64,000 nt of DNA, from assembly GCA_051294905.1 (NCBI GenBank), contig CM119378.1, positions 14,508,001 through 14,572,000 on the forward strand, in the 5' to 3' direction. The DNA is from Botryllus schlosseri (lineage: Eukaryota). The translations under genes were made by a program, and so were the position numbers. Below, one piece after another: positions 13,422 through 26,449 of this stretch (its first letter is position 1; each line of letters starts with the position of its first letter). The notes under the pieces are model-generated. The model saw nothing but the letters and a program-made list of their open reading frames with translations, was not told where the DNA came from and did no database searches.

Positions 13422-14541
13422 CAGGGGTCGCCAACTCAAAATGGGTCGCGGGCCACTTTTCAAAATTCCCAGAGGCCGCGGGCCGCATGTCTCCAATATC
13501 GAGATTAAAATAGGCAACACAGTTTAAAATCACGATTGATAACTCTGCGTTAGTACAATGCTGTGCTCTCTAACATGGGCGATGGGCATAGTCATCACAG
13601 AAGAAATAATATTTTATTGAACTAAAACAAATACAACAAAAATATCATGATCGTGAATTTCATTATATTTTGACCTATGAGCTGCGCACGATGCAACACT
13701 CTGTAGCAACTAAAACATGGGTGACCACTGACCAACCTTGTTGCTGTTCACGGCCGCATTTCGATTACTCATGTAGCCTGCGGCCGCATTCCATTGCATA
13801 GTCATAATGAACTAACTGGAGCCAAATACCCAGGTCAAACTGTCCATGTCCATTGCGGTTACACTCCGGACCTAATCGATTTACTTGTATCGGCGTACTA
13901 TGCGCATCGAAATCGTGAGTAGTCCTGTTATGAAGAGCAACAGGGATTCGATCTGTAGTCGCGCGAAGCGCGAAAATTTTTTCATGTTCATGAGTGAATT
14001 TCGCCATTAAATATTAGTATAGTTTCACATATTACTATCAAATATTTGTCCTCTCTCGGCCCATGTGATCAGATTCACCGATAAAGTTGATGCATGGGGT
14101 GTCTTGGAAAACTAAGGGAAGGTATTAATGCTGAGCTGCATCCTTGGGTGGGCCAATTCTTATTGGTCCCCTTTGTTGCATGCAGTTATTGCTTGACCTC
14201 CCATCAGAATTGTCGGTTTAGTGGAAATATATTGGATTGGCCACCCACTTGCTGGAAAACTATCTCGGTCTTGGCAGTGCACGTCAAGGCAATATGCCCA
14301 TTCATATCAGCAAATTCCCCCGTGGAATGATATTACCATCTCCGAAGCAGTATCAGCTAGTGAGGAATAGTGATATTGGGCACAGTAGAATGGCTTACTT
14401 TGAACAACAACAACAATATGTTTAAACTTAAATCAATTTCAGTATTTCAAAATGCTTTGCTAAGCGTTCTTCCGAAATTTCTCCGAATCAGGTCGCGGGC
14501 CGCAAAATATGACCTCGCGGGCCGCGTGTTGGGGACCCCTG
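13422..14541. mobile_element. Non-autonomous hAT (Charlie/Buster-type) element
   Basis: TIR CAGGGGTCGCCAAC / GTTGGGGACCCCTG, GCGGGCCGC subterminal repeats, perfect TSD CTCTAGAT. Confidence 0.93.
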
Positions 14542-15828
14542 CTCTAGATCTAGAACTATGCAACATTTTAACGTGCCAGAGAGGCATAGAACGCGATGTG
14601 CGCCTCCAAACCGATGGAGACTTTATCAATACCAATAACATTAATTTATCTTATCACGTTTTACTGTCAATCACGGATTCCGGGGCTTAATATCTTGCGA
14701 TTGGAACACGAAGAACAACACTTCGATGAACACCTGTGGTGATTTGCTTGTCCACGGTATAGTAGGATTATCAACAAGATTCGCACGAAAGCCATTGAAA
14801 AGTAATTGATACTGCTTTCTATCTAAGCGTGGCCTTTGGAATTCAAGAGTCGGCCACTCCAGATTACATACCACAAATACGTGAATTTAAAATGCAGTGT
14901 GGAGGAGTTAATGAAATTCAGGGGTTTTACGAGCGTAAACAAGTTTATCCCTTGTGTTTTGAAAACAACTGTTCACAAAGGAGCCGTTGTATTATGCATT
15001 TGTATGCATGCTCGTGTCACTGTGGATGCAATTACAAAACCTTAGCGGTATATGGTCCCATCGCATTAAACCTGTTCTTCTTGCTCTTTCGACGAAAAAG
15101 GCATGCATTAGCCTTTTTCTTCCTAGAAAATTAAAACACTATTAGCCATGATTCATCAGAAATCTTTGTTGCCCCGATGACAGGCCACTATCACATTGCA
15201 CGTGTCCGCCCACGACTCGTGCGTTGATAAATCCGTTTTTGATCGTGATGAGCTTGATTGTATAGCTTTTATGGAGTCACAATATCCGAGCCACACCCCG
15301 GCCACTCTTCCTGCGTGTCGTTTCAACGACTTATGTATCGTGAGAAAGTCTTCATTCTGGAAAGGTATCTCCAAACGAATTCGGAGCTTGTTTGAACTTT
15401 GTACGCCGACCACCCACGATTCCAAACTTAGATGACTGAAAAGGCGTAAACATGGCCAATAGCCATATCCTTGATCTATAACGGCAATGGTAGCTATAAG
15501 CGGAGTATGTCAGTAACGAATTACATCCATCTTTTTCGGAGTACCCATCGAAGAATTTGCCTATGGAAATGATATTAGACTTATTTCACTTCGAAGGTGA
15601 AGGTTTTTCTTCAAACCTGCCGCTATCCGCTATATACATGCTGATCGCCGACCACTTTCCGTATTTCATTTTACCCGCATAACCTGCCCATTGAAATAGT
15701 TTAGATATCCTCCCTTAAACATCAACATGCCTTATTGTAAAAAAAGTAGCAATCTTTATTCAGATAAACATAATCAGAAAAAAAACATAAATTAAATATA
15801 TAATAAATGGGTATTCGATAAGAAATCC

Positions 15829-15834
15829 TTTATT
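15829..15834 (-). terminator. Candidate polyadenylation signal of CCN
   Basis: AATAAA on the minus strand ~240 nt after the stop; a second one at 15755-15760. Confidence 0.4.
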
Positions 15835-16069
15835 TACGAAAATAATGGATATCCACAAAATCGAATATTGTGCAAAATAGAGTTACCGCCCAGGAACCGG
15901 AAATGCATGAGTTCGACTATAGACCCTTTTCGTTCGATAACATTTTCGGTCGCCGGGAAAATTGAATTCGTCTGGCACGAGACACTCGGCTCGTATACGA
16001 CAGTGATCGCTCTCGGAGACCGTGACTATCTAATAGCCATCTGCACGTCACGTTACCATGGAAACGTAT

Positions 16070-16402
16070 TCACGTGGCAATGGATGGCGATATATCACGA
16101 TGAAGGTCCAAGCCGAGCGACGAGCTTAAAATGTCATTGTTGCTACAGTAATACCCGCACGTGCAGCTTTGAATTAGCATCATCTTTCTCTTGATGCGAT
16201 AAGTTTCAGTTCCGCTGTGACGCGCGCGCTTACACTGGAATTCGATGTTTACTGTCTTGGTGTTGCTCGGCCGACAGCATTTCCTGGCTCCACGGCACGT
16301 ACCGCAGTATCGGGGACGGAAGGCTTTCGTGCTCAAGCAACCGCTCAATGAATACCGTACTCTCTTGCTGCGACGTGTGTGCCGTCGGCAGTTCTTTTTC
16401 AT
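16070..16402 (-). CDS. CCN: CCN exon 7: C-terminal cystine knot
   Basis: [17 protein letters not shown]...CCRP...IEFQC...[18 protein letters not shown]; ggacag|ATG; TGA stop at 16072-16070. Confidence 0.96.
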   Translation of the reverse strand: MKKNCRRHTRRSKRVRYSLSGCLSTKAFRPRYCGTCRGARKCCRPSNTKTVNIEFQCKRARHSGTETYRIKRKMMLIQSCTCGYYCSNNDILSSSLGLDLHRDISPSIAT

Positions 16403-19400
16403 CTGTCCAAATAAAATGGCAATGTACAGAACATGCTTAAAAACGGGGTTGACACTGCGACCTACAATAACTCTATATTATTACCATATTCAATAAAAGC
16501 TGTCCTAGTGAACGAGAATCGTACCGCAGAGGTGGTCAGTAACGAAGTACTTCTACTTTTTGGAAGTACTCAAGTAGTTTTCCTCTACTTCTGCTACTTA
16601 GTCAAGTAGATCTGATTTTCTCTACTTCTACTTCTACTTCGTAATATTTTGTGATCTACTTACTTACTTTTCGTTATTTTCAGTTTGTCAAGTAGAAGTA
16701 TTTTAATCCCCTAATACGGAAGATAGCCTGAGGAATTTCGGGGCTGTTTTCACGAAGTACCAACATTTAATATTCATAAAAGTCAAGTAAAGCCCAGAAA
16801 TTTTGTTGCGCTTCGCGCACAGTAGTTATGGAGTGACAAATATGTTGTCACGAAAGTATCAGTGAATATAATTTAGGTACCGGATTGCTTGGTTCCGTTC
16901 ACACCGCATTGTCGCCCATATCAAATATTTCATCACAGTAAATAAGGCCCACCATAACGTTTGAAACTACCGTTTTTCAATATAGAAATTACATATCGTA
17001 TCTTAATCTAACAGCCCATGACGTGTCCAGCTAATCTGGAAAATCCGGCATTTTTGAACGCTACACCTGATTGAGCAGATCACCTTTGAAGCTTTATGGA
17101 CAAAAGACATGAAATTTATTTTCCGCTTTTTAGAAGTGGTATTAGTATTTCACATTCAATTCCGAGTATCATACTTTGAGTTCTAATTATACGTTCAGTT
17201 CTTTTGTCTGCAGAACATATATTGAAGCATAAACGCAACCGTAGTACTGCCTCTATTTTCCGAAAATGAAGTTACACTAAGTATAAATTTTACGATCCAC
17301 AATATTTGTTATTAACGTATACTAATCGCGCAAAGTGTTGAAACCGTATCCGATACAACTTCCCCGTATTGCTCTTCGCCAAAACTTGGGGCCTTATCAT
17401 ATGGGGTCGGGCACCCTGTCATGATGTTCTCTAAAACGCAGTATTCTACTAAACAAAAGCTTAGTATCGCATTTTCATATCAATACTATAATTTGCATCC
17501 CATGATGCGAAAGAATGCTTATTCTGTCGAAAATTGATATCTCATGGGATGCATCAATACGAATCAAGCTCTCTGCACGTTCCACATAGCTCAATTTGCA
17601 GCTTTTGACAGTCCATGCGAACGAATTAAGACTGTTCTCAAAACTACTTACTTACTTGAGTAGATTTAAATTCGGTCAATTCTACTTCTACTTCAAGTAG
17701 TTTCAGGTTGCTTATGGAATAAGTACTTCTACTTGTACTTGAGTAGATTTTTCCGTCGCTACTTCTACTTCTACTTGAGTAGCTTCCTTGACTACTTTGA
17801 CCACCTCTGATCGTACGACGAATCGAATTCGAGATGAGTGAAATCTTTTGTGCTTGCAAGTTTGTTGTTGACTATATTTGTTTGGCGTTAGCACGGACAG
17901 ATTTTGTTCAAGATATATATAATCCAATTTTCTAAGACCATATATATTGATATCGAGCGACTATCTACAATTAGTGTGATCTTATCACTTGTCAGCACAA
18001 AGACAAACCGTCTGGAAGTGCATACGAGTATAGCGTTATGATCCAGTCAACGACTTTGCGGCGAACCAACCAAACCATACAAACAAACAAACACCAAATT
18101 AAACACCCTGTTACGACTATACGGGTCGTATGTACCAGGGTGGTTAAATTCCAAGTTGTATATAAACTACGGTTACGGAGAGGTCTGAAGCGTCACTGAT
18201 ACGATCTCGCAGACGAGATAAGTTTCGCTATTGAAGTTTGTGTCGAAACATAATAACGCATACATCGCATATCTATTCATCATGTGCAAATTGCTTGAAT
18301 CTATACCTTTCTAGGACGAGCTGAAGAGCTACAAGGTCGGATAATGCAAAGACGAGTCTCTTTTGTCATCCTGCAGTCCCTGTTATCGTTTGTCACGCGT
18401 TCGCTCACGCCGTAGTTGCACGTCTTCGAGCACGGGGACCAGGGTGTCGTTTGGACGACACACGAACCTCGCAATGTAAGCGACTCCTTCTGCGGCACTG
18501 AGAATTGAAAGGACGAAAGTAAGCATTGAGTAAAGGCGGACCCTTCGGGGTCAGGGGTTTGTTATTCCTCACAAATTCTATTTCGAAATTCCGGCCAGTT
18601 TTTGTTTCTCGGAGTGATTTATTCGTCCGACTTCTGATATTAAGTCAACATGTATAAATACAGTAGCCTGGAATGCAGTAAAAAACTATTCATTAGCGCT
18701 TCCGCCACTAAAAATTGTCCGTCACAATGACATGTCAAGATTATTCCCAAGCCCATAATATGTATAACTGTATACCGCCTTCCTACCATACGTTGTGATA
18801 AGTCTTGTGTTTATTTTATTTGATGACTCTGGTGCACGACTATGTCGGAAATAACACAATCGCTAAGCCCCAAACGCGTGTCACAATAGCGCGGAATTTC
18901 TCCACCCCAAATTCTGCATTGTTTTCGTTTATTCAGTCCCACTAATCCGCCAAACATCTTATCTACATCACACCCCCATAACAAACATGCGCCCAGAACA
19001 CTAAAATGACCCATCTTATTACAACGCCCATTTACCGAGGAATTTTCGTGCGCTGTTGACAGATGTACTTAGTGACAGGATTGTGGGTTGGCTGCAATTT
19101 AATTTGAAATTGCAATTCTATTTATCTTATTATTAAGGGATTTTTTCGCGGTATCAGCGAGTGGCATATCCTTAAAACGTATTTCAGATACTTAGCTACT
19201 CGTCAGTGATGCTATATACTTCACTAACAAAGGCTGTTAGTACGATATTTTTAAGATGGGCCAACTCCTACTCTTCACTCTAATGACGAGGCCATCGACA
19301 TCATGTTCAACGCTATCGTGGTATCTTCTAAAATTCAAGCATGCAATTCAGATTAGTTCTTCCGACCACTGATAATATGGTAACTTGATCTGGCTCTGAC

Positions 19401-22400
19401 GATATAAATCACGAAATTATTATTACGGTGAAGTGTCAGTCGGATGTGCGCGACCCTTACGTTTGCATGTCCCAAACCATAACAAAAGCGAGATTCAATT
19501 TGTCACACCCCCTTCAAATCACAACAGCGGGATTTATCAGGGCGTGGGCCGATGCGGTATTATTACGGATCAGTTTGACGCATGGCGTTTGACGAGATCA
19601 GTCTGCAGTGTTTTTACGACTGAAATGAACATATGCGAAGCGCGTGTGTAGGTGTGCCGATCAGTTAAATAGTTACAGTAAATGTACGCTATGCCGGTTT
19701 AGGCACGTGTGTTAGTTAAGTTTAATCGCATTTTCTGGGTCATTGAAAGGGAAACAATACACTGTCTTATAACCATACATGCGCTTCTAGTGTAATTCCT
19801 TGGGTCGTGTCATACATTCAACTTCATTCTAAATTCACATCACATATATATATATTGAGCATTCATTATACGTCACGTGCGTTCAACACACTACATGGGC
19901 CCTGTACATACCGAGTTGATAGTTACGCAAATGTGTATTCAATTAAATTAATGTCATGGTGCTGGTCACCGTCAGCATGCTGGCTTCATGAATCATGATG
20001 TCACGAAGAATTGCAGAACTTAACCGTTGACTATCCTTTTACAGATCAGTGTCCGAATATAGCTCCTCGATTTGTGGTATTGAAAATAAGATAGCCCTAT
20101 CCTATGTCATCCTGTCGTTTCGATATTTTGATTGGATTTTTTCCCTATACATTCTATCAAGGATTCCGCGAATTCTACGGTACACCTTGAACAATTACGG
20201 GTCTATTTCGGCAGCATTATGTCGTCTCATTGAAATAATGTATTTTCGCTGTTTCCTCACACTGGTGATGCTTTGTCCTCACTGCATCATGCATGCTACG
20301 CTTTCGAGGCAATTCGGCGAGCGATTTCGAGAAAATGAGTTCTGTTCGAGATCGCACAAGTATCGAATGAATCTCGAAAATGTCGGAAACGTGACGAAAG
20401 CGCATAAATGCAACGCCATATGCAATTAACTATGTTTGCCGAGCATACCTATATGTAATTGAGCGGAGAAGCGAAGACGCAAATACACCACGAGAACAAC
20501 AAGAAAACTCTGTTTTACGGATTTAAAGTAGGAACTGCTACATCGGAATAGTGTTTCGAGAGTTGTCGCATTTTGGCTTATCACACAATCGCAATTACGG
20601 GAATGTTGCAGCAATATTCCTTATGTGGAAGGGGTATAATGGCTTCGTGTGAAAGTTTCGGTGTGACTATATTGCTTCGTCTGTGGGTGTTTTTTTACAA
20701 CTGTAAACCATGACATATAGCACCTATTAGGGAATGTTTTGAAATGTCGTTTTCATAGCATCATAACGTTTCGTCTATACTCAATCACCTAATTTAGAAT
20801 TGATAAAACTCGCAAAAATCCGATTGTATTGCGTTGTTCTGCGTAAATTTCAAAGTTTTTGCTGTGTCTGGAGCAAACTAAGTTGGAATCTCGTCAATCA
20901 TGCATGCGCAGGTTGCGCGCTATGTGCAGTTTCACAAATGCTTTACAGAGGGAAAAGGATTGACAAAATTTTGAAGAAAATTTTCTCTAGCTTTTTATTA
21001 TGATATTTAATCACCATTATATTGAGCTATCGTCAAATTTCAACATACTTGTGACTATTTGTAAGTCTCATAATTTTGGGTGACTCAACTCAATCTCGTT
21101 GCGACGATAACGGTATGACGATGCAATCACAAAATAGATGTGTTAGTTTAGCCACAGTACGTTTATTAATGGTATAAAATGCGGCGAAAGGTAATTTTGT
21201 TCAACAACGTTTATCATCATACTTACAATATTGCACGGGACGTCTCGCGCACCTCCATTCTCCGCAGCAGGTGCTTGACGGTTTCGTCAATCTGAATGAA
21301 AATGTCCAATTAGGACCGTGCGCGCAGACACACATCTCTGTGGCATCCTAGGATATTGGTGTTTATATCTCCAGAGAGTTCTTTCGAAACAATGGCGCCT
21401 TTCAGCGTTTAGAATGATGTATTGGGGGTTCTTCTTTTCGGAAATTGTAATGTTATTCGCGTGCGCCGGGAGTTATTTGCCAAAGAATGTAGCGCGGGTG
21501 CAAAAACAAACCGTCTATATCCTTAACACATCGACTCTAGCAATGTTTATCAAATTTGGTATATCGTAACCATCTAAACCCGACTTAACCATGAGCTCAT
21601 CTTCTTTCTAAGGTTTCAGACCAGTTTTGGGGTATAGATTTCCAAACGTTTCAGTAAATTAGACGTGTAAACAAGGCAAAGTGTACACTTGCAGTTCTGC
21701 TGAGTTTAGCAGTCTTGTAATGTGTAAGGTCAACTCTTTTGAGGCTATTACGTCATGAAGTGGAGCCGAATTTTTATCTCACATTTCCTTCTAGTCGGCG
21801 CTCACACGCTTCTGAGCTGGCCGGATTAGCAGTAACTATAGACCAACAACATTAACATCTCACAATGAACTATTTCATCGGTGTTCTCGAAAGATGCTTT
21901 ACATAATTCCGCATCGATTGTTTCTGGCTTTTAGCGTATTTTGGTGAGTAAATTGAAACGATCAAAAATAGAATATTTCCGGCCATTCTTGATTTAGTAC
22001 TCGACGATTAATGTACCATTAACTTTGTCGGAATATGTAATTATCAGGCGATGTGCTAAAGGATACCGACATAGGGGCCTATTCGACCTATGTAGTCTAC
22101 ACGCGTTTATTTTTGTGCGATAACTAAATCGGGCTGAACACAACAAAACCATTGCTCGAATCAGATTTGTTCACGCATTGATGTAGCACGACTTACAGCT
22201 TGCGATTAGAATTATTTTGTCGTGGAATGTTACAGTTTTGGTCAGCAAGTGACCGCTATACGAGACACACGGCACGACAAGATATGACATACGAGTGATG
22301 GGAATGAATGCAGAGCAAATATATGACCGAATTTGCATTCGAATTTAATTTGCTTGACTAGACTGAACCGGTCAGCAAATGTCGATCGAACTCTCTTGAT

Positions 22401-25400
22401 TAAGTCATGCGGCGTGTGATTGATTGGTGGTATGGAAATCGTGAATTTTCCTCTCTTCCGTATTAGTTTTTGCAACTGACTTGTGCCCCCAATTGCTTTT
22501 CAGAATATGATTTGCATGCGGTCTCGTAACATATTTGCTCTTTTCCGCTTAACCGTTCTCGTAAAATCAGCGGTCATATCCGAACGCTGTCGAAGCTTTA
22601 CGAATACAAACTGATTTACAGCCTAATGCGGGCTGTAATTCGCTCTGGTCAATGCCGTTAGCGCAAAGCCGGGTCATCACCCGTATCAATCTTCTAATGC
22701 GATGGCCTCATTTCATCTAGTCGTGACGTCATTTATAGTTGAAAAACATGCCATTGGGAGAGTGTGTTACGTCTTAATGTAATTAAGAAAAGGTGTCGAA
22801 CAGGATCAAAGGCATTAGCGCCAGCTGGGAATGAAGACTGGTTTACCCGCAAGCCTTCGCGCCAATTTAGAGGCAGGAGGATGCGCGAAATATCGAGTAC
22901 CCGAGACTTTTAGGCGCCGCAAAATTTGTTTCCGCGAATGGGGTGTTGTGCTCTTTCCGGTAATAATATATGTATTGAAGAACCAAGGATAAGTCAAGAT
23001 GAAGATGATCTTCATAATGCGGCGTTTAGAGGTTATAATGACCACATGTGGGATATCTCGTGGATATAGTAGAAGGAGATTTCAATTTATGCGCCGTTAT
23101 TTTCAAGTAATACCGTTTGATTCACGTCGTACCTCGCGAAGTACTGCATATCGAACCAGGTCTATTATACCTTTAAGAATGTCGAGAACCTCTCCTCAAA
23201 TGACAATTTACGGACGTCGTCATTAAGCGTTGAAATTAAATATCTCGTGTTTGGGCTGAGTTTCTGACAGTGTATTATCCGAGTTCAATATTTTCGCTCG
23301 ACCATAAGTGTCTTTTAACTGGAGCGTAAACAAAGGGCACTGTATTGTTCGGATTACCCACAAGAATGCTCTGGAATCGCCGGTTCCCCATTATACGAAA
23401 ATAATTTAGTGCTAGATAAAGCATGAGGTAACTTTCAAAAATAGCGCATTGCCAAACTAGGTTAACATTCAGGAATTTATGAAACAACGTATAATACCTA
23501 GAAAAAGCGCATCCAGGCGGTGGAGGTTTGCACTTTGGAAAGCACGCAATGTGCCCGTCGATGCAGGAACATGCAATCCTGCAACTGGGCGAAAAGGTGG
23601 CTCCGTTCTGATGCCATTTGTTTGCGACGTAGCAATTTCTTCCCAGACGAGCTAAACCGAATAAATCGCGTGTTAATCAATATGAGTCTTGGCAGTCGGT
23701 AATAGCAAATTTCGAAACAATAGGGTTTTATCGGATATGCCCAACGAAGCTATGTTCTTATTGTATTACACACCATTGATTCAATAAGACTTTGCGATAT
23801 TTTCATTCGGTTCTCTTGAAGATATTACGAGTTTCGCACGGTGGGTAAATTTGGCATTTCAATGCTCAATATACCACATCGGTTCAAGGTAAAGATTAAA
23901 ACCGATTGATGGTGCAGTGATATTTGCTTTTCAATACATGGTGATTACAAATTCTCAGTGAGCTATGATTGATTGTGTGCTAGGAAGGATATTACCGACT
24001 CGTATTTAGCGTCCATAAAGGTCACAAGAGTTGGTAATATTCCGACGATTACATACCCGATTGCACAAGGATTCCTAGATTATATTTTTCTATAACTCAG
24101 AGACCTGATTCACTTCTCGGCTTCGCAGACATACTTAGAGAAAAGATAGAAAGCCCCGTGTTTACCTTTGCAAGTCAAGGAGTTTCCATCACAGTACAGG
24201 CCTTTGTGGTGATCGCAGACGTGTTCTAAATCGCACTTTTCATCGAGTTGCCGAGCGCACACCTTGCAGCATCCACAACCGTCGGCGACTAGACTGACAC
24301 CGGCTTCACATTTCGGGTGACTTGAAGCACATGAGCATTCGCGACACACTCCGGGCAGTGGAACCTAAATATGTATTCTCAATGTCATCACATTTTACAG
24401 TGTTGTTGTTATCTGTAAATTCATTACTAATCAATAGATGCAACATTACAGTTATAGACACTGTTCTAGGTACAGATAAACTATTTGTGCAATCATTAGA
24501 TATAACCAAAAGTATACTTTCCAGACACGAATGAAGTGAAGGAGAGCAGGCTAAAACTATTATATTGGAATGTGCGTAATGTAATGCACATAGCTTTTGA
24601 ATAGAACATACGCCTGAAGGGATATACAAGTTCAACAAATCAATGTTAAATCGTCCTATGAAGAGCTATGTGTCTCAACTATAGCATCAGTATACTACCA
24701 CAGTACACTGTACGTGTACGTACATTGGTCAATTCCGAGTGATCGCGTTTCGAAGTGGCGTTATAGGTTGTGTCAATCATTCAGGAATCTAAGAGGAGCA
24801 ATAAAACCTAGACGCGATTGCGATAGATATATCCAATAGCAATTAGTGCTAATGTTTGTCGAACAAAGGGTGCTCGCGATTCGATCGCAAATGTTTGCGG
24901 ATTAATCCTGAACGTAGCCGAAAAAAGATGCGTAGCACAAAGCCTCATTATTTTCCAATACCACCCCGACCACGAACTGACAGATCTCCCATTCAAATAA
25001 CGGCTATTGCAGACAAACACGATTCGCTTCGGTATATCAGATGTGAAGATCAGACGAAAGCGCCGCCGATAATTTCGGATGCATTGGAAACGCGCTTCAT
25101 CGTCTGTATTTTTAAAAGTTCCGATCTTGTGATGTTTTCGAAAAATCATTGGAACTGTGCGCACATCAAGGGAAAGTATTTTTTCTGTCAGGAAATTAGT
25201 CAGCATCTTGGGATTTTTGTAAATGAGAAATAATCTAGCAGTTGTCGATTTATCCTACTATCCGCATTCCTTCGTCCAATCACAATTATCACTTTCCATA
25301 ATGAGACATAACAAATGCGGGTAACAAGCGTCCTGCGGAATGTTTGGAATGTCTTCAACGCGAGAAAAATGTCTCGCACACGGCAACGCCGAACGAAACC

Positions 25401-26300
25401 GTACGGTGTCCGGTGATTTATAGCGTTGGAAATATGTTAATATATGTGATTCAGGTGATAATTATTGTCGCCTGAAACCAGGCCTTATACGGACATGTGA
25501 CACAATAACACCTTGTGTTTACAACGATCAAGATAATACCATGTTAAGACGGCTTATATGTTTTGAAGATGAAATCAACCAAGGCAAAATATGTGTCATT
25601 GTGGGCCATTGCGATATCATTGGGATTTCTTAATTTTGTTACCGGTTCCTGCAGAGCATGCCGCTTCAGAGGAACTGACAACTATACATAAATAAATATT
25701 CTGGTTTTATGAACCCAGCCATGATGAGATCACAGCTTTCCCAATCAGAAATTTCGTAGGGTATAGTACAAAATACAGATTATCCTATTTTTCGAAAGGT
25801 ATTCGCAGATGTTAGAATTGCATATATCGCTTCGAGGGTGAGAGAGTATTCAAGATTCAACGCGATTCGCTTTCACGTTGTTCTGGCGCGAATAAACTAA
25901 TCATCATTTAACGAGCTGTTGTTAAGATAGGCAGTCTATCTTAGATAGGTGAAGCCTAAATTGTTTTTTGAATTGTGTGGACTTATACGCCTGGCATTGT
26001 ATATTTACACTGCGAGATTGAACTTTTCATGTTGTCATGCTGGATGTGCAAAGATCTGTGTGATATATCTCGTGTAGTCTCTGCCTGTCCAGCACCGTGA
26101 CATAACAATGGGAAAATGTCACACTTGACGTCAGTTCGGACGCGCGTACTTACCGCATCGGGATACAAGTCTTTTTCCGAGGAATCAAAGATGACAGTGC
26201 CGTTTTCGGCAAGGTACGCAGCGCCGACGGTACGGACTGAGCTGGACCTCACTTGAACAGTGACCGTAAAAACAACAAACTGAGCCAACCAGCAGGTCAT
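16070..26300 (-). CDS. CCN: CCN family matricellular protein (CTGF/CYR61/NOV-like), 7 coding exons, ~375 aa
   Basis: join(26300-26154, 25681-25643, 24364-24166, 23651-23498, 21291-21227, 18497-18307, 16402-16070). All introns GT-AG, phases 0,0,1,2,1,0 give one open frame. IGFBP (12 Cys, GCGCCKVC), VWC (10 Cys), TSP1 (6 Cys, WSPCSKTC), CT (10 Cys) = 38 Cys, the canonical CCN count. Paralog assignment (CCN1-6) not possible by eye. Confidence 0.95.
16527..17809. mobile_element. Family E hAT MITE in the last CCN intron
   Basis: Full-length homolog of 9661-10921; TSD ATCGTAC(C)G / ATCGTACG. Confidence 0.93.
18307..18497 (-). CDS. CCN: CCN exon 6: TSP1 domain
   Basis: [44 protein letters not shown]; ttctcag|TG ... 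AAG|GTATAG. Confidence 0.95.
21227..21291 (-). CDS. CCN: CCN exon 5: VWC C-terminal part and start of hinge
   Basis: (R)[21 protein letters not shown]; ttttcattcag|A ... T|GTAAGT; supplies the CCxEWxC motif. Confidence 0.9.
23498..23651 (-). CDS. CCN: CCN exon 4: VWC domain, first part
   Basis: (A)[50 protein letters not shown](R); tttag|CT ... AG|GTATTA. Not in the ORF track (no start codon). Confidence 0.93.
24166..24364 (-). CDS. CCN: CCN exon 3: IGFBP domain
   Basis: [66 protein letters not shown]; acceptor atttag|GTT, donor G|GTAAAC (phase 1). Confidence 0.95.
25337..25351 (+). promoter_or_regulatory. Tandem TEAD (M-CAT) site GGAATG-TTT-GGAATG in CCN intron 2
   Basis: Exact double motif with a 3-nt spacer; further single sites at 24567 (GGAATG) and 25265 (CATTCC); CArG-like CCTTATACGG at 25483-25492. 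Confidence 0.55.
25643..25681 (-). CDS. CCN: CCN exon 2: 39-nt micro-exon ([13 protein letters not shown])
   Basis: Acceptor tttatgtatag|TTG, donor CCG|GTAACA; phase 0-0, matching both neighbours. Confidence 0.6.
26126..26133. promoter_or_regulatory. Perfect CRE palindrome TGACGTCA in CCN intron 1
   Basis: Exact 8-mer about 20 nt inside intron 1; function inferred only. Confidence 0.3.
26154..26300 (-). CDS. CCN: CCN exon 1: signal peptide plus N-terminal extension
   Basis: ATG at 26300; [21 protein letters not shown]...DLYPDA, then strong donor GCG|GTAAGT. A weaker in-phase donor CAA|GTGAGG exists after codon 16. Confidence 0.72.
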
Positions 26301-26441
26301 TGTTATGTCGCGGAATCTTGTCGTGGACACACTTGAGATTACTGGTGAGGTGCTTGAAATATCTTGACAGGGTATGGAATTCTTCGCAAATTCTTTGGAG
26401 CACTTCAAGCGCTCGCTTAACGCTCTTGAAAACTATAGATT

Positions 26442-26449
26442 CTATATAA
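26442..26449 (-). promoter_or_regulatory. Candidate TATA box of the CCN gene
   Basis: TTTATATAGA on the minus strand, ~145 nt upstream of the ATG. Confidence 0.4.

Noticed and set aside
21292-21350. In-frame upstream extension of CCN exon 5 ([11 protein letters not shown]...)
   Set aside because: Phase-incompatible with exon 4; the acceptor at 21292 gives the canonical Cys count.
24808-25233. Two overlapping 125-132-aa ORFs on opposite strands
   Set aside because: Within CCN intron 2, with no recognisable motifs; consistent with chance.
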